64,000 nucleotides of DNA, from NCBI GenBank assembly GCA_043228905.1, contig JBHGNT010000010.1, positions 11,718,001-11,782,000 of the forward strand. The letters run 5' to 3'. Shown piece after piece: positions 37,101 to 50,860 of the stretch; within the stretch, counting starts at the first letter, position 1; each line of letters opens with the position of its first letter. Source of the DNA: Azolla caroliniana (taxonomy: Eukaryota; Plantae; Polypodiophyta). The notes beneath the pieces were generated by a model, which worked only from the letters and a program-made list of their open reading frames with translations, ran no database searches and was not told where the DNA came from. A program made the translations under genes and the position numbers.

Positions 37101-38233
37101 AGTGGTCCTTGACCCACTCGCGTGGTTTTCTTCGACCATCAACATCGATTGCAAGTCGAAGAAAGACGGTGGTTTCTTCTAAGTGCAGATCACTATCCAG
37201 ATTGGCTCGTACCTTTGCATTAGACCACCGAGGCAGATTTGTACCATCTCGTCTTCGTCCACTATCACGTTGATGGACCCAAGTGCATCGCAAATCTCCT
37301 TTATCTTGGTGGTGTAGTCCGTAACCAACATATCTCTTTGCCGGATGTTGTTCAGCTTTTGCCTGAGCTGCAACTTACGAGCTGTGGTACATGCGGTGAA
37401 AATCTTCCATAGATTTTCCCAGGGCTCCTTTGGTGTCTTTGCATCCTTGATGTAGCTGAGCATTTGATCATGCACACCAAACGCAAGACAATACAGTACC
37501 CGACTCGCGCCTTCCTCTCATACCGGGAAGTCTTTGTGTGACGGCTCCGGTGCTACTTCATTTGTTCCTTCCACGAAGCTTCAATATCCATGCCCCAGCA
37601 GGTACTGGTGCATTTTATATTACCAGGACGCATAGTTGCTCCAGTCGAGCTTCTCTATTGGAATTGAACTCGCCATTCCTCTGTCCATATCTTCTCTCTA
37701 TTTGTTGTTGTATGTACCGAGTTCTAGGGTTCGTCTATGAAAGCAAGCGTCGGCTGCAGAGGTTCTCAACCCTTGCGCTCTGATTCCATGTGAGTGTTAA
37801 TGTGCGGAAGCGTCAGACAGAACTGGCTCAGCCGGATAGCTACGGAAAATGAGATGCAGGTTTAATGGAAAAGCTTAAAACACAGAGGAGATAGAGAGAG
37901 CGGAAGATACAACTATATTCAAAAAATTAACTCTAAAACTCTGTACATACAAGTGCTAAACAACACTATTTATACAAGTCAATAAAGGACTGACAGAAGT
38001 ACTGACAAGTACTTCAATTCTCACATGTGCAAGTGACACTAACTACGAGACAATGATTACCTAGTAGTCTAGACTACTACTAGGCTTCCGGTTCCCACTC
38101 GAATCCGGCTCTCCGATCCGGCCGGTTGGTTTTGGATACCATGCGGATACCGATCCGGCTGATCCTTCCGGATGCCAAACTGGCTCAGGCTTATTCAGCT
38201 GATCTAGATCCAGTTCAACTTGCTCGCTCAAGA
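31152..38233 (-). mobile_element. Full-length decayed Ty1/copia element inserted at the PBS of the preceding element
   Basis: LTRs 31152-31561 and 37789-38233, TSD GAGCT, PBS TGGAATCAGAGC (minus), PPT at 31562-31572; minus-strand gag, PR/IN (35592-36728), RT (34439-34936, 33800-34243), RH (33464-33784). Confidence 0.95.
32204..33438 (+). mobile_element. Solo LTR of the TGTCG...CGACA Gypsy lineage
   Basis: Termini TGTCGTG...GCGACA, 4-bp TSD GCGG, interrupts the copia RH motif ADIFTKPL; internal about 24-bp repeats at 32500-32720. Confidence 0.85.
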
Positions 38234-40520
38234 GAGCTATTGTTTCTAATGTTTCTAAATTTGTTGGTTTTTGTTTTCTTCTTGATTGATGGTGATTGAT
38301 TGACGTGTGGTCAACCTTGATCCAGATAACAATCAACAAAGGATGTTTATATTTACTTGTATTTTTATTTTCTTATTCTTTCTTCTCCTAATCTAATCAT
38401 GTATAGTCAATATGTGTTGTTTTTCATTGAGTCAATGATGTTGTAGTGGTAATTAATTGGTTGTATAAAATGTTTACATATGTGTATGAGGTCAATACCT
38501 CATTTGACATATATTTGATATGTGATGTGTGTCGTATGCGTACGAGGTTAATACCTCAATTGCATATTACGTTCACATACATGTTATGTATGTGTATGAG
38601 GTCAATACCTTGATTTCTAAGTAAATGATATACGTTTGGTGTCGTATGCGTAAGAGGTCAATACCTCAATTGCGTATTAAGAGTAACCCTTATTATTGGA
38701 TGTTTCGTGTGCGTAGAGGCTATATGCATCGATTACGTGTCTTGATTTCATCATATGTTGGCTATTTGATGTTACGATTTTTTTTAATATACGCATATGT
38801 GGTCACATGTATACATATTTGATTGTATGTATGTGATAAATATAAATATGTGTATGCTAGTTATAACGTAATTTCTATATCGAATGTTGTCCTTTTCGAG
38901 GAAAGGATCTTGGTGGCCATCCTCACATTTTTGTGAGAATGGCGTAGTCACCATCCTTTTTTCAACAATCTTTTTTGTTGACATCCCCGTTGGTCACTTT
39001 GATTTCGTTACATAATGAAACGATCATAGCCACAATGATGGTGAGAACGTAGGGCTTGACCCACTTCATGTGAGGTCCCTCCTAGGACACACATATTCAA
39101 CATCCCTCCCTCATTACGTGGATATGTTGCCACCATGAGATCATTCTTACGAAAGGCACTCGTAATGACGTAACCATGTGATGGGCCACGTGGGCCTACT
39201 ACGAAAAGAGGGCTCATTTGGCTTGACCATTAAGTTGCACTTTGGCCTATGCCATCGTAATTATGAGACTTGAGGTTAGGTAACGTATGAACATCTTGAC
39301 ATGTATGTTTCTTTTAAAGAAAACATATATGGGCAAATGCCTCGCATATCTCTTATACACATAAAACGTTAAACATTCAACACGAGCAACCTATTTGATT
39401 AGCTCAAGTGTTTAATCCATTTGTTCTTGAGGTCTCAAGTTCAAATATGACCAAGACCATACAACATTGTTGATACATATGACTATAATACGTGTTTAGA
39501 CTCTAGGTCTAATTGCACTTTGGGGTCCTCGTAATAGGACTTAAAGAGCCGAAACCACATACGTCTGCACAGAAACATAGTTTATTGTTAACATGTTTTT
39601 CGTGTATAAACTATTCATGACGCGAACATACATGGTTGAGCCTCGGGGAGCTGCCATGAAAACAATCGATATAGAGATAAGGGAGAGACATTCATTTGTC
39701 ACCCCCATGGTTTTTAAAACACCTTTGTGTTACCATTGTAACCTAATCTTGAACCTCATCTCATATGTCTAGAGGGTATTGACGTGAGATCATGATATCG
39801 ATTAAAGTTTGCCCGTGATATGTTTACATCACGACATGATGTTATGACTATTTGTCTGACCTTATCCTATTTCTTTGCCAAAAATAATCATTCAATAGAT
39901 TGGAATAACGACCCGATGTCATCCGCTCAAGCGGAAGGAACTCAAGGAAATCCTCCTGGACCAATGTCCATTGAGTTGTATTTTTTACAAATACAACATT
40001 TCCTTAGTTCAACTGCGCATCAGATGTCCGAACTTTGGCAATCTCAAAGTTCTCTCAAGGTACGTGTCATTAGTTTACAACGTGAGACTAATATACCTGA
40101 TGAGCGTTAGGGTGAACCATCATTTGTTGTAAAGCCATTTACAGGAGAAAAAAGGAAAGAACCGAAGAAGCAATTTGCACGTGGCTAGGCCGATGGGAGT
40201 CTCATTTTGAGCTCTATCCCACGCCAGATAGTGTGAAGATTGCATATGTCGGTCAAGAACTAGGGGGTAAGGTCGCCGCCTGGTGGCGTGGGCTCCGAAC
40301 TTTGGGGAAATTGCCCAGACCTGGACAGATTTTGTCACAAATTTCAAGGGCCAATTTCTGCAACCTCCATCTCGAACCGAGGCAGATAAGCATTAATGAA
40401 CCTCTCTAGCCGAAAATTTTCTTTGCTAGAAGACTATGTCCACCATGCTAGAACCCAAATCCAAAAATCGGGTCTAGAATGGGACAATTGGTTAATAGCT
40501 TGTTTTGTCAATGGCATCCC

Positions 40521-43507
40521 TGTTATCCGTATAGGCGTACAGAGGGATAAGGTGTATTGTGTATGGTCTAAGGTGTTTAATGTATACGAGTATGTGTGAG
40601 CACATGCATAATTATGTGCATGAGACAAGAATGTAATGGTCTTCTTTGTGTAACGATCCTATTAACTGTTACATTATGTACAATAAAAACCCCTTCTGGG
40701 GCACATAATAGATATAGATTTTTCCCCTTGCATTCAGTGTCATTTTCTATTTGTCTTTCTCTCACGCGCTCTCTCTAACTTAACCCCTTGGGAGGGGGCT
40801 TCAGCCCCCACCCAACAACACTTTTGGCACGTCCAGTGGGACGACTCTCCCCTGAGAAGAAGTCACGTCTCCCTCCCTTGTTCTCCTTCTCCAACACTAA
40901 TCTCTCTCTCTCTCTCTCTCTCTCTCGTTGCATCTCTGTGTTGTGTGTGTATCTCTCCCCTAACTCGGAAGAAGAAGTAGTGGAGAAGAAACGCAACAAC
41001 AACCTGGAATGTTGCAATAGCCTCGAAGAAGCACAGATCTATCCAGCAACAGAAAGAAGAATCATGCATGAGTGAAATTTGCATACTAGAGAAGAATTAG
41101 AAACTTGCACAAAACAACTCAAAGACGAAGTGGATATATATCAACGGAAATGGAAGAAGATGAAGTGGTAGAGCCTTTCTTAGAGTTTATGGCCAAAGAT
41201 GGAACATGGTATGCTGGCACCGCTACCTGAATAGGCCCATCATCAAGTGACATGCCTGTTCATTTCTTGCACTAGTCGGAGGATGAAGATGAGACATGGC
41301 ATCCTCATTCTTTAAAATACTCTTATCATGTTGATGCCATGATCCACCCTATCATATTCATGCTCATGTTGTTCCTTCCTTTTCCTCACTCAGTTTGAGA
41401 GACAGTGTAGCGTGCCCATGGCGACCTTCACCTCCATCTGCATTCCCTCTGCTGAAGCAGATGCTGGTGATGGTTATGGCGGTAGTTATGGCTCTCTCGA
41501 CTCTCCGAACAACCATTACTCTCTCTCTCACCTCCAAAGCCCTTCCGCTTTCCCTTCATATCTCTCCGATGAAGACAAACTCCAATACAGTCAGATCGAT
41601 CCGCTTAGATGGGATTGCATCTCCGATGATCTCCATGGTTTGAGTCCTCTCTGTTTCCTATGTACATAGGAAGATTTCATGGACGGAAACCCTAGATCAC
41701 CCAAATGATGGATGCGAAGCATTATCTGTCAAAGAAGACACATTGGGTGAGGATATAAACGACAATCCCCATTCCATCTAATTCCTGCTCCATCATGTCC
41801 AATCCATGTTTCTTCAACAACAGAGGATATTCCTTCTCTCACCGTGAAAGGTCAATCTGTTCCACTTGAAAGGTCTCCAGGGTCAGTGGATAATACTGTG
41901 TATCATATTACTAATGATATTTTGCCAGATAGATTATCACAAGCGAATGCATGTATGCAGCATCTTCCATCTATGTTGTACACTTTCCTTCCAAGTGATT
42001 CTCATCAGTGTGGCACAGTGGATTCCATTTTAATTCCACCCTTGCATTTCCAAGAAAATATGTGTGGTCATGCATCATCATTCTCTTGCAATGATCATTT
42101 CCTTGATGGTTGTGACCTTATATGCTCTTGCTCCATCCCTCAATACCTCATTATGGCCAATCTTTTGTTAGTTGAATCTCTTCAGGGATTGAAAAGATTT
42201 TCCGATAAAGATGTTCCCTTCACTACAACCTGGTGGGCATGTAGAACACATTATGCACATCAACGGATATTAGCAGAGCCATCATCAGCAACAACTACAT
42301 CATCACCACCACAGCCAGCTCCAACAATAATTGCATCCATTCTCGAGAGCTCTACTCCTACCATCACTGGCAAGGACAATTACAACATCTTCAGCAGAAT
42401 GGTCCTTGAAATCAGCACCGCCATCGCCATCGCTGTTGTCGCCATCCGCCAAAATCAAAAGTATGGATGCCCACTGAGTAGCTCAAAACTCCAAGAGCAA
42501 CAAGAAGCCAAGCAACAACTGAGAGGAAAGAAGACCGAAAGGAATAAGAAGATGAAAGTAGACAGAAAGAAAGGAAAAGAAGCTGAAATTAGAAAGCATG
42601 GAGGATGAAAGGAAGAAAACAAGAAGATGAAAGCAGATGGTAACTACTACCATCACCAACACCACATAGGAGAGAGGGCATACAGAGAAATCTCCACAAA
42701 CAGACAGAGAATAAAGGAAGAAAGAAGAAAAGTAGAAAAGAAGAGACTTAAAATAAAGAAGGGATGACATGAGAATTATAATAACTCGAGGGCACGCAAA
42801 CAAATTTCGGAAACAGAAGGGCAGGACACGAGATTTCTAAAACCGGAGGGTACTTAATATAATTTTAAGGAAGAAAACATATCTATATCTATATATAAAC
42901 ACCCACATACACCCACAATTACTGATAAACCTAAATGACGATACCACATTGGATAAGACTATTGGTGTGTGATCCAATCATGCGATTATGCTGACTGAAC
43001 GAGAAGGTTTGTGTCAAGCCAGCTCTAATCGAAGTTATCGATCGTCGAGTAGTAATCCGGTCGAGGAATTTCCGACCGTGAGAGAAGACCGTTGGATGTC
43101 CGGTCAACAAGAGTTTTTCGGTAGGGGCTTGTGGGTTCGACGTGCAATGCACTATCCCACAGGCATGACAGGTGTTATCGGTATTGGTGTACGGAGGGAT
43201 AAGGTGTAATGTGTATGGTCTAAGGTGTTTAATGTATACGAGTATGTGAGGATGAGTATGTGTGAGCAAATGCACAATTATGTGCATGAGACAAGAATGT
43301 AACGGTCTTCTTTGTGTAATGGTCATATTAACCGTTACATTATGTACTATAAAAACCCCTTATCGGGCACATAATGGATATAGATTTTTCCCCTCATTTA
43401 GTGTCATTTTCTATTTGTCTCTCTCACGCTCTCTCTCTAACTTAACCCCTTGGGATGGGTGTGAAGCCATTCTAGGCTAGAATGGCTTCACCCCCCACCT
43501 AACAACA
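40521..43507 (+). mobile_element. Non-autonomous LTR element (LARD/TRIM-like, 2987 bp)
   Basis: LTRs 40521-40820 and 43173-43507, TSD ATCCC, tRNA-Arg PBS 40825-40842, no recognisable gag/pol. Confidence 0.92.
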
Positions 43508-46500
43508 ATCCCCAATTTGGATTATCACTGGATAGTGCACGATAAGGATCCAAAATCCTTCGAAGACGTTGTTGAAATAGTTCTTCGCTATCAACGTACA
43601 TCGAAGGACCATAACAAACCCAACGAAGCGCTCGGGACTAAGCAGTCACAATTCACTGGGAAACGTAAGACACCCAACGAATTCATGGATTGTGATTGTA
43701 AGGGACAACATCCGATTTACGCATTCTGCAAAAAGAAGGGTCATACAAAAGAACAATGTCGAAAGCTCCAATGGAAAGAGCACGACAACAAAGAAAAAGT
43801 TGCAGATTCTTAATGTCCTTGAGGTCTATACACATCATTTAAGTAATTGTCAATGTTCTTTCCTTCACTATGTATTAGGACCCAATGATTTACTACGTGC
43901 AAACGGGTATATCAATGGATCTCCCGTACAATTTTTATTTCATTCGGGAAGCTCACAGAACTTTGTAAATGATCGTTTGGTTCAGATATGGGGAATCCAA
44001 CCCACTGTAAGTGATCACACATATAAGGTGCACTTGGTTGATGGAAGAGTACAATACATCAATGGGGAGATTCATTCCTTAGGAATTTTTATTGATACTT
44101 ATAGAGGAAGTAGACTTCCATGTAATGAATCTTTGTACCACTGATGTAATACTGGGTTATCCCTGGTTTTTTAAATAAAAACTCTTCTTTATCTATTGAT
44201 TGGGTTCATCATTCAATTACTTTTGTACTGAATGATTGTACTCATTTTATTCAATGTGTTAAAAAACAATATCTTTCGATTGTTTCCTCGCCATCAATAT
44301 CCGAGTTTTCTTATTCTACTTTATTTTATTGTGTACTTGATCCGGACATTCACGTTTACAATATTGATAATGTCTTAGTTCAATTATCATATTTTGAACA
44401 ACAACAACTCGATGAAATATTAAATGATTTTTGTGATGTTTTTTACGTGTGAACTACCACATGGGTTACCTCCTAAATGTAATATAGACCATCGTATCAA
44501 TATTGTACCTAGTGTTGCACCAATAAGTATACCTCCTTATCACTTAAGTCAATTCGAAGAGGATGAGGTATCTAAGCAACTCAAGGACTATTTACGAATG
44601 GGTTATATACGTTATAGTAAATCTCCATGGGGTGCACTTGTTCTCTTGGTAAGAAAGAAAGAGGGCACATGGTGTAAGTGTATTAATTACTGACGCCTAG
44701 ATAAAGTGACGATCAAGAATTCATATCCATTGCCCCAGGCTGATGATCTAATTGACCGTCTCCAGGGAGCTCGGTATTTTACGAAACTTGATCTCCGTAC
44801 GGGCTACCATCAAATTCGTACAAGTGAGGATGATATTCCTAAAACGACATTTTGTATGCGTTTTGGCCATTATGAGTTTTTGGTTATGCCTTTTGGTTTG
44901 ACCAATGCTCCAGCCACATTTCAACAAGAAATGAATGACATTTTCCAAGAACAACTTCGAAATTTTGGCATTATTTTCTTGGATGATATTCTAGTTTATA
45001 GTCGTACATTAGAAGAGCATGCTAAACATCTCCGCTTTGTTTTACAAACATTGCGCGACAAGCAATTCTACGTGAATATCTCAAAATGCGACTTCTTCAA
45101 GAAATGAATTACTTATCTTGGACATCTCATAACCCAATGAGGAGTTGAAATTGATCCTTCTCGCATCGAGAAAGTCAAACTTTGGCCCACTCTTCGGAAT
45201 ATTCGAGAAGTCTGATCATTCCTTGGTTTTGTCGAGTTTTTGTGAAAATCCCTTCGTGATTACTCCCAATTAACGACGTTGTTTACTGATCTTCTAAAAG
45301 GTCGAACGCGTAAGTCTACAAAACCTATTGTGTGGAATGCTACACTAGACCTCACCTTTAAGGAACTCAAGGACCTGGTGTGCAATGCTCCTTCGCTTCT
45401 TTTACCTCATCCTTCAAAACCTTTTGAGGTTGAAACCGATGCAAGCGATTATGCTATAGGTGTTGTCTTATATCAAGATCGTAAACCAATAGCATTCGAG
45501 AGTAAGAAACTTGATTTTGCTCAATGTCGATATACCGTTCAAGAAAAGGAATTATTTGAAGTTATACATGCACTCAAAAAATGGTGTCATTATCTTTATG
45601 GAAATCATTTTGTGGTAACTACGGACCACGAGTCCTTGAAATATTTCTATGACCAACAAGAGCAGAAAGGTCATAAGGCACGATGGGCTGATCTCATCTA
45701 GGACTTCGATTTTTCCATACGATATCGTAAAGGTTCCATGAACACTGTCACTAATGCACTAAGTCGCATCCGTGAAGTTAGCATGCTTAGCTTCACTGAA
45801 ATAACATTAGATCTTTATGATTACCTTCGAGGAAAGTATCCTGATGACAATTATTTTGCGAAATACTAGGCAAGAGTTGAGTCTGGAATAGACACCACCA
45901 CATCCTCGAAGGAATACTTCCACATTGCTAACGGTCTCCTCTACCATAATGGGAAGGTTTATGTTCCAAATTTGCCCGAGGTTAGAAAGAGAATTCTTTT
46001 TTAATGCCATGATGCACCCTCCACAGGGCACCTTGGAATACATGGTACCCTTGTTCGCATCTCCACTTAATTCTATTGGCCTAAGATGCATCCTTATATA
46101 CATAGTTATGTGACGCAATGTCACCAATGTTAGGTTAACAAAGCTGAGCGACTTAAAGCTACAAGACTTTTACATCCCTTGGACATTCCCAATAATAAGT
46201 GGGAAAGTATATCCATGGATTTTATTGTTAGCCTTCCTCACACCCAAAAAGGCCATGATGTCATCTAGGTTGTGGTTGATAGACTAACTAAAATGGCCAG
46301 ATTTATTGCTATTAAAACCATGGTAATAGCTCCTGAATTGGCTTACCAATTCATTGACAAGTTATTTCATTTTTATGGATTACCGATGGATATCGTGAGT
46401 GATCAAGATCCAAAGTTTACTAGTGACTTCTTGATGCAAGTCTTTCAGAAGTTAGAAACTACGTTGAGCATGAGCTCCACGGATCATCCGATCGAAAGAC

Positions 46501-46786
46501 AGAACGAGTAAATCAAATTATTGAGGACATGCTTCGAGCATACGTTGGTGCAAAACCAACAAAATGGGAACATTATCTCCCAATTTTGGAGTTTGCTTAT
46601 AATAGCTCCAAGCATACGTTGACGGGATATAGTCCTTTTATGTTGATGTATGGTTTTCAGCCACGAGCCCCGATTGATGTTATTATACTTCATGATGAGT
46701 TGTGAAGTACGCAAAACTTTTTTTGGGATATGCAAGATATGTTGCATATTGCACGAGATAATATAAAAACAACTCAAGATAGAGCA

Positions 46787-49022
46787 TGTTTTTGCTGCCC
46801 GGCTAAACTAGTTTTTTCAAGCTTCTGCACGCTAACTTTTACATGGTATCAGTGCGCGAGGGTTGAGACTCCTCTGTAGTCGACAAACGTTTTCAAAGAC
46901 AAACCCTAGCACTTGGTGAAGAACAGTAGAGAACCAGAATGGACAGAGGAATGGCAAGTTCACTTCCAACAGAAAAGCTTGACCGGAGCAACTATGCATC
47001 CTGGTCATATAAAATGCACCAATACTTGTTGGGGCATCATGGATATTGGAGCTATGTGGAAGGAACTAACGAGGTAGCACCGGGCCGGCATACAAAGATT
47101 TCTCGGCATGGGAGCAAGGAGTGAGCTGAGTATTGTACTGCCTAGCATCTGGTGTGCACGATTAGATGCTCGACTACATCAAGGATGCAAAAATGCTGAA
47201 GGAGGCTGGGAAAATCTTTGGAAGATTTTCGCCGCAAGTACCATAGCCCGTAAGTTGCAGCTCCGACAAGAGCTGAACAACATCTGACAAAGAGATATGT
47301 CAGTTACGGACTACACCAATAAGGTAAAGGAGATTTGTGATGGTGGATGAAGACGAGATGGTCAAGATCTATCTCGGTGGTCTAGCACAACGGTACGGGC
47401 CAATCTGGACGGCAATCTGTACCCGAGAGAAGCCACCGCCCTTCTTTGACTTACAATCAATGTTGATGGTCAGAGAAAACCACGCGAGTGGGTCGAGGAA
47501 CACTCAATCGGACAACCGAATGTTGTACACGGAGGCGGATTGGTCTCGTGGGCATGGAGGATGAGGTGGGTCAGCACACAGTGGAGGCGGCCGACAAGAG
47601 TATAACCGAAGGCATAGAGATAGTGCTGACAACAATTCCGGACTCTCCACAAGCAAGGGGAGTCAAACCAGTGCCGGAAATTAGCAAGGAAAGGCCAACA
47701 CGGAATGTTGGTACTGTGACAAGAAAGGCCACAAAGAAAGTGAGTGTTGGAAGAAGCGCGCCGATTCAGATAAATCTGGATCCAGCAAGACCAAACAGGG
47801 AAACCGGCAAAGCTCGTACTACACAAAAGGATCGGAAGGATCCGGAACCAGGAAGATCGGAAAAGGGCCAGCCTTCATGATGAACCACAAGACGAACTCG
47901 ATGAAGAAGACCACTTCCGGATCGGAGGAAGTATGGTATGTTGATTCTGGAGCGTCCAACCACATGACGAGCCACGAACAGTGGTTCTCATTTTTGGAGA
48001 AACCGGAACAACCGGGAATCGTCGAAACCAGAGACAACACCCCTCACCCAATTGTGCATGTTGAAGAAGTCCCTTTAAGCCATGTTGGACAAAAGGGAAA
48101 GCTGATGAACGTACTACATGTTCCGACAATAACAAAGAACTTGGTGTTAGTCGGACAAATTGTAGACTAGAGAATGCAGGTGCGGTTAATGTACCTCGGG
48201 TGCGTCATAGAGGAAGAAGGCCGGATAATCCCGCAAAGGCGCAGGGAAGGGAGGATGTTCATCCTCAACACAAATGACGTCAGCACCGCCATGTTTGCCA
48301 AAGGATAGAAGATTTAATCGGACATCGATCTCTGGCATAAGCATATCAGCCACGTCAACTACCAGAAGCTTCAAGATCTGCATTCGAAACAAGTTGTGTT
48401 CGGATTGCCAAAGTTTAGTGGCCGAAAGGCCCAAATATGTGAAGTCTGCCAACTCGGTAAGCAACACTGGCTTCTATTCCCCAGCGAACTAAACCGGAGC
48501 CGTAACAAGCTCGACCTAATCCATTCGGATGTATGAGGACCGACACAAAACGTTAGTCTTGGCGGGAGTTGGTATTTTGTCTCCTTCATCAACGACTACA
48601 ACCGACACACATGGATCTACCTCATCGAGAAGAAAAGCGAAGTCTTCGACTGTTTCTGGAACCTTCAAACTTATTCGAAAGGGAAACAGAGAGGAAAATC
48701 AAGTGCCTCCAGTCGGATGGCGAAAAAGAATACTTTTTCGGCCAATTCAACTGTTATCTGCAGCTATACGGAATTCGGAGAGAATTCAGGTGCCGATACA
48801 CACCGGAACAAAATGGTGTGGCCGAGAGAAAGAACCGGTCGATTGTCGACGCGGCAAGGGCAATGCTGGAGGAGAAGAGAATGCCCAAATTCTATTGGGC
48901 TGAGGCGGTCCGGAAAACCGTCTACATCCAAAACCGGATCGGTGACAAGGTGTCAGCACATGAGCTGTCGAAAGCCGAATTTGAGGCACCTTCGGATATT
49001 CGGTAGCATAGCATATGTGCAT
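46787..49022 (+). mobile_element. Truncated Ty1/copia (LTR remnant, PBS at 46844, gag-PR-IN), same family as 31152-38233
   Basis: TEKLDRSNYASWSYKM, WYVDSGASNHMT, YTPEQNGVAERKNR. Confidence 0.9.
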
Positions 49023-49026
49023 CTAC

Positions 49027-49530
49027 TATCATGAATAGATGAAACCCCATGAGGTTTAGGGTGACTCGAACCCCATGACCCCCTCAAGAGAAGCAATCAG
49101 CTCTAGCCATTAGGTTATATATGTTGTACATAAAGATATTATAATTTACTTTATTATAATATTGATAATGTAACCCTATAAATATCCAAAGGGTGCCATG
49201 ACCCTTCTATATCCCAAAGGGTGTGATGACCCTTCAATATCCCAAAGGGTATCATGACCCTACAAACATCCAAAGGGCACATACTACTCCTATATAAATA
49301 GGACATATTGTATTGTTAGAACCATTTGGTTCAACACCAGTCTTTGGCAAATATTCTAGTTCTTACTCTTGTATATTTTCCTATTATAATAAAATATAGT
49401 CATTGTTCTCTCTTTCTTTTCCTCTCTTGTTCAATAGACTCTTTTGTCAAGCTAAGGCCTTGACAGTTTGAACCGGAATAAGAAAGATACAGAAGGAGTT
49501 TTGGAAAATCAACCAGCCCACCCCCCCACT

Positions 49531-49566
<36 letters not shown>

Positions 49567-50860
49567 TTCCCTCTTTTTCTTGAGAATCGTATCAAGCGTT
49601 ATCATCGCCATGGAGTCCGTTAGCAAGCAAGAGTATGTTCGAGTCGTCTCTGAGCTCGAGCATCTCATAAACAAGTTTCTAGCTCTAGAGCAAGAGAATC
49701 AACGATTGCTTGGAGATTTACAACAAGTAAGCATAGAAAAGGCGCAACAATATGACGAGTTATCAACACGTGTATTGCAACTCGAAACAACATTGCGGTC
49801 TCTTCATCAACAAGCTTCGATGCAACAAAGCTCTCCCAAAGAACCAAAGATTTGTTTGCCCGGGAAGTTCGATGGTAATCGATCACAGTTTCGAGGATTA
49901 TCGATTGGTCAAGAAGAAAGATGGGTCTTTACGATTGGTCATGGATTATCGAGGTTTAAACAAAATCACAGTTCGAAATAGATATGTTCTACCCTTGATA
50001 TTGAGTTTACTAGAGCGTCTTAGTGGAGCTAAAAGTTTTCACAAAGCTAGACCTTCGAGGTGCATATAACCTTGTGCGGATACGTCCAGGAGACGAATGG
50101 AAGACAACATTTTGTACCCAATATAGACATTTCGAGTACACAGTTATACCTTTTGGTCTCACGAATGTGCCCATAGTTTTTCAACACATGGCGAATGATA
50201 TTTTTCGCGACTTCTTGGATTCATTTACCATAATATATCTTGATGACATCTTGATCTACTCTAAAAGTCAAAAAGAGCATGACACACATGTCCGCCAAGT
50301 CCTCCAACACTTACGAGAATCTGGGCTCTATGCCAAACTAGAGAAATGTAGCTTTGATCAAAACCACGTGGAGTTTCTAGGGTATGTGGTTTCACAATAA
50401 AGTATATATCAATGGATCCATCCAAGGTGCAAACAGTTCTAAACTGGGAAACACCTCGCTCAGTGCGTGATGTTCAATGTTTCTTAGGATTTGCGAAATT
50501 TTACCGCAAATTTATCAAGAACTATTCAAACATCGTGATGCCTCTCACGGAGCTTACACCAAAGAACAAGTCGTTCACATGGAGTTCCAGTGCCGCCAAA
50601 GCTTTTGAAAACCTAAAGAGAACATTCACTTCTACTGTAATTCTACTTCATGCTAACCTAGAAAAACCCTTTATCATCGAGGCGGATGCATCTGATTTTG
50701 CACTAGGAAGTATCTTGTCGCAGGTTGGAGATGACGGAAAGCTGCATCGAATTGCTTTCCATTCACACAAATTCGAAGTAGTAGAGATCAATTATGAGAT
50801 TCACTGCAAAGAGCTCCTAGCCATTATAGACTCGTTTGAACAATGGAGGCATCTATTTGA
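49027..50860 (+). mobile_element. Truncated chromovirus-like (Tcn1/sushi-type) Gypsy: LTR about 49027-49465, gag start, internal deletion, RT-RH
   Basis: LTR ends TTGACA; gag [14 protein letters not shown]; [27 protein letters not shown]; RH EADASDFALG; about 27-bp repeats at 49170-49280. Confidence 0.85.
49052..49120 (-). other. tRNA-like A/B-box module inside the LTR
   Basis: Minus strand TAACCTAATGGCTAGAG ... GGGGTTCGAGTCAC at tRNA spacing. Confidence 0.6.

Larger units (their letters stand above)
30682..46786 (+). mobile_element. Decayed Ty3/gypsy element: 5' LTR 30682-31136, tRNA-Met PBS, long leader, gag-pol about 39915-46786; 3' end missing
   Basis: TGTTA...TAACA then TGGTATCAGAGC; gag [54 protein letters not shown]. 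The link between this LTR and this pol is inferred after removing the nested inserts. Confidence 0.75.

Noticed and set aside
41844-42608. 254-aa ORF in the non-autonomous element as a real gene
   Set aside because: No recognisable domain, no ATG start, and it is compositionally patchy; it cannot be supported without conservation data.
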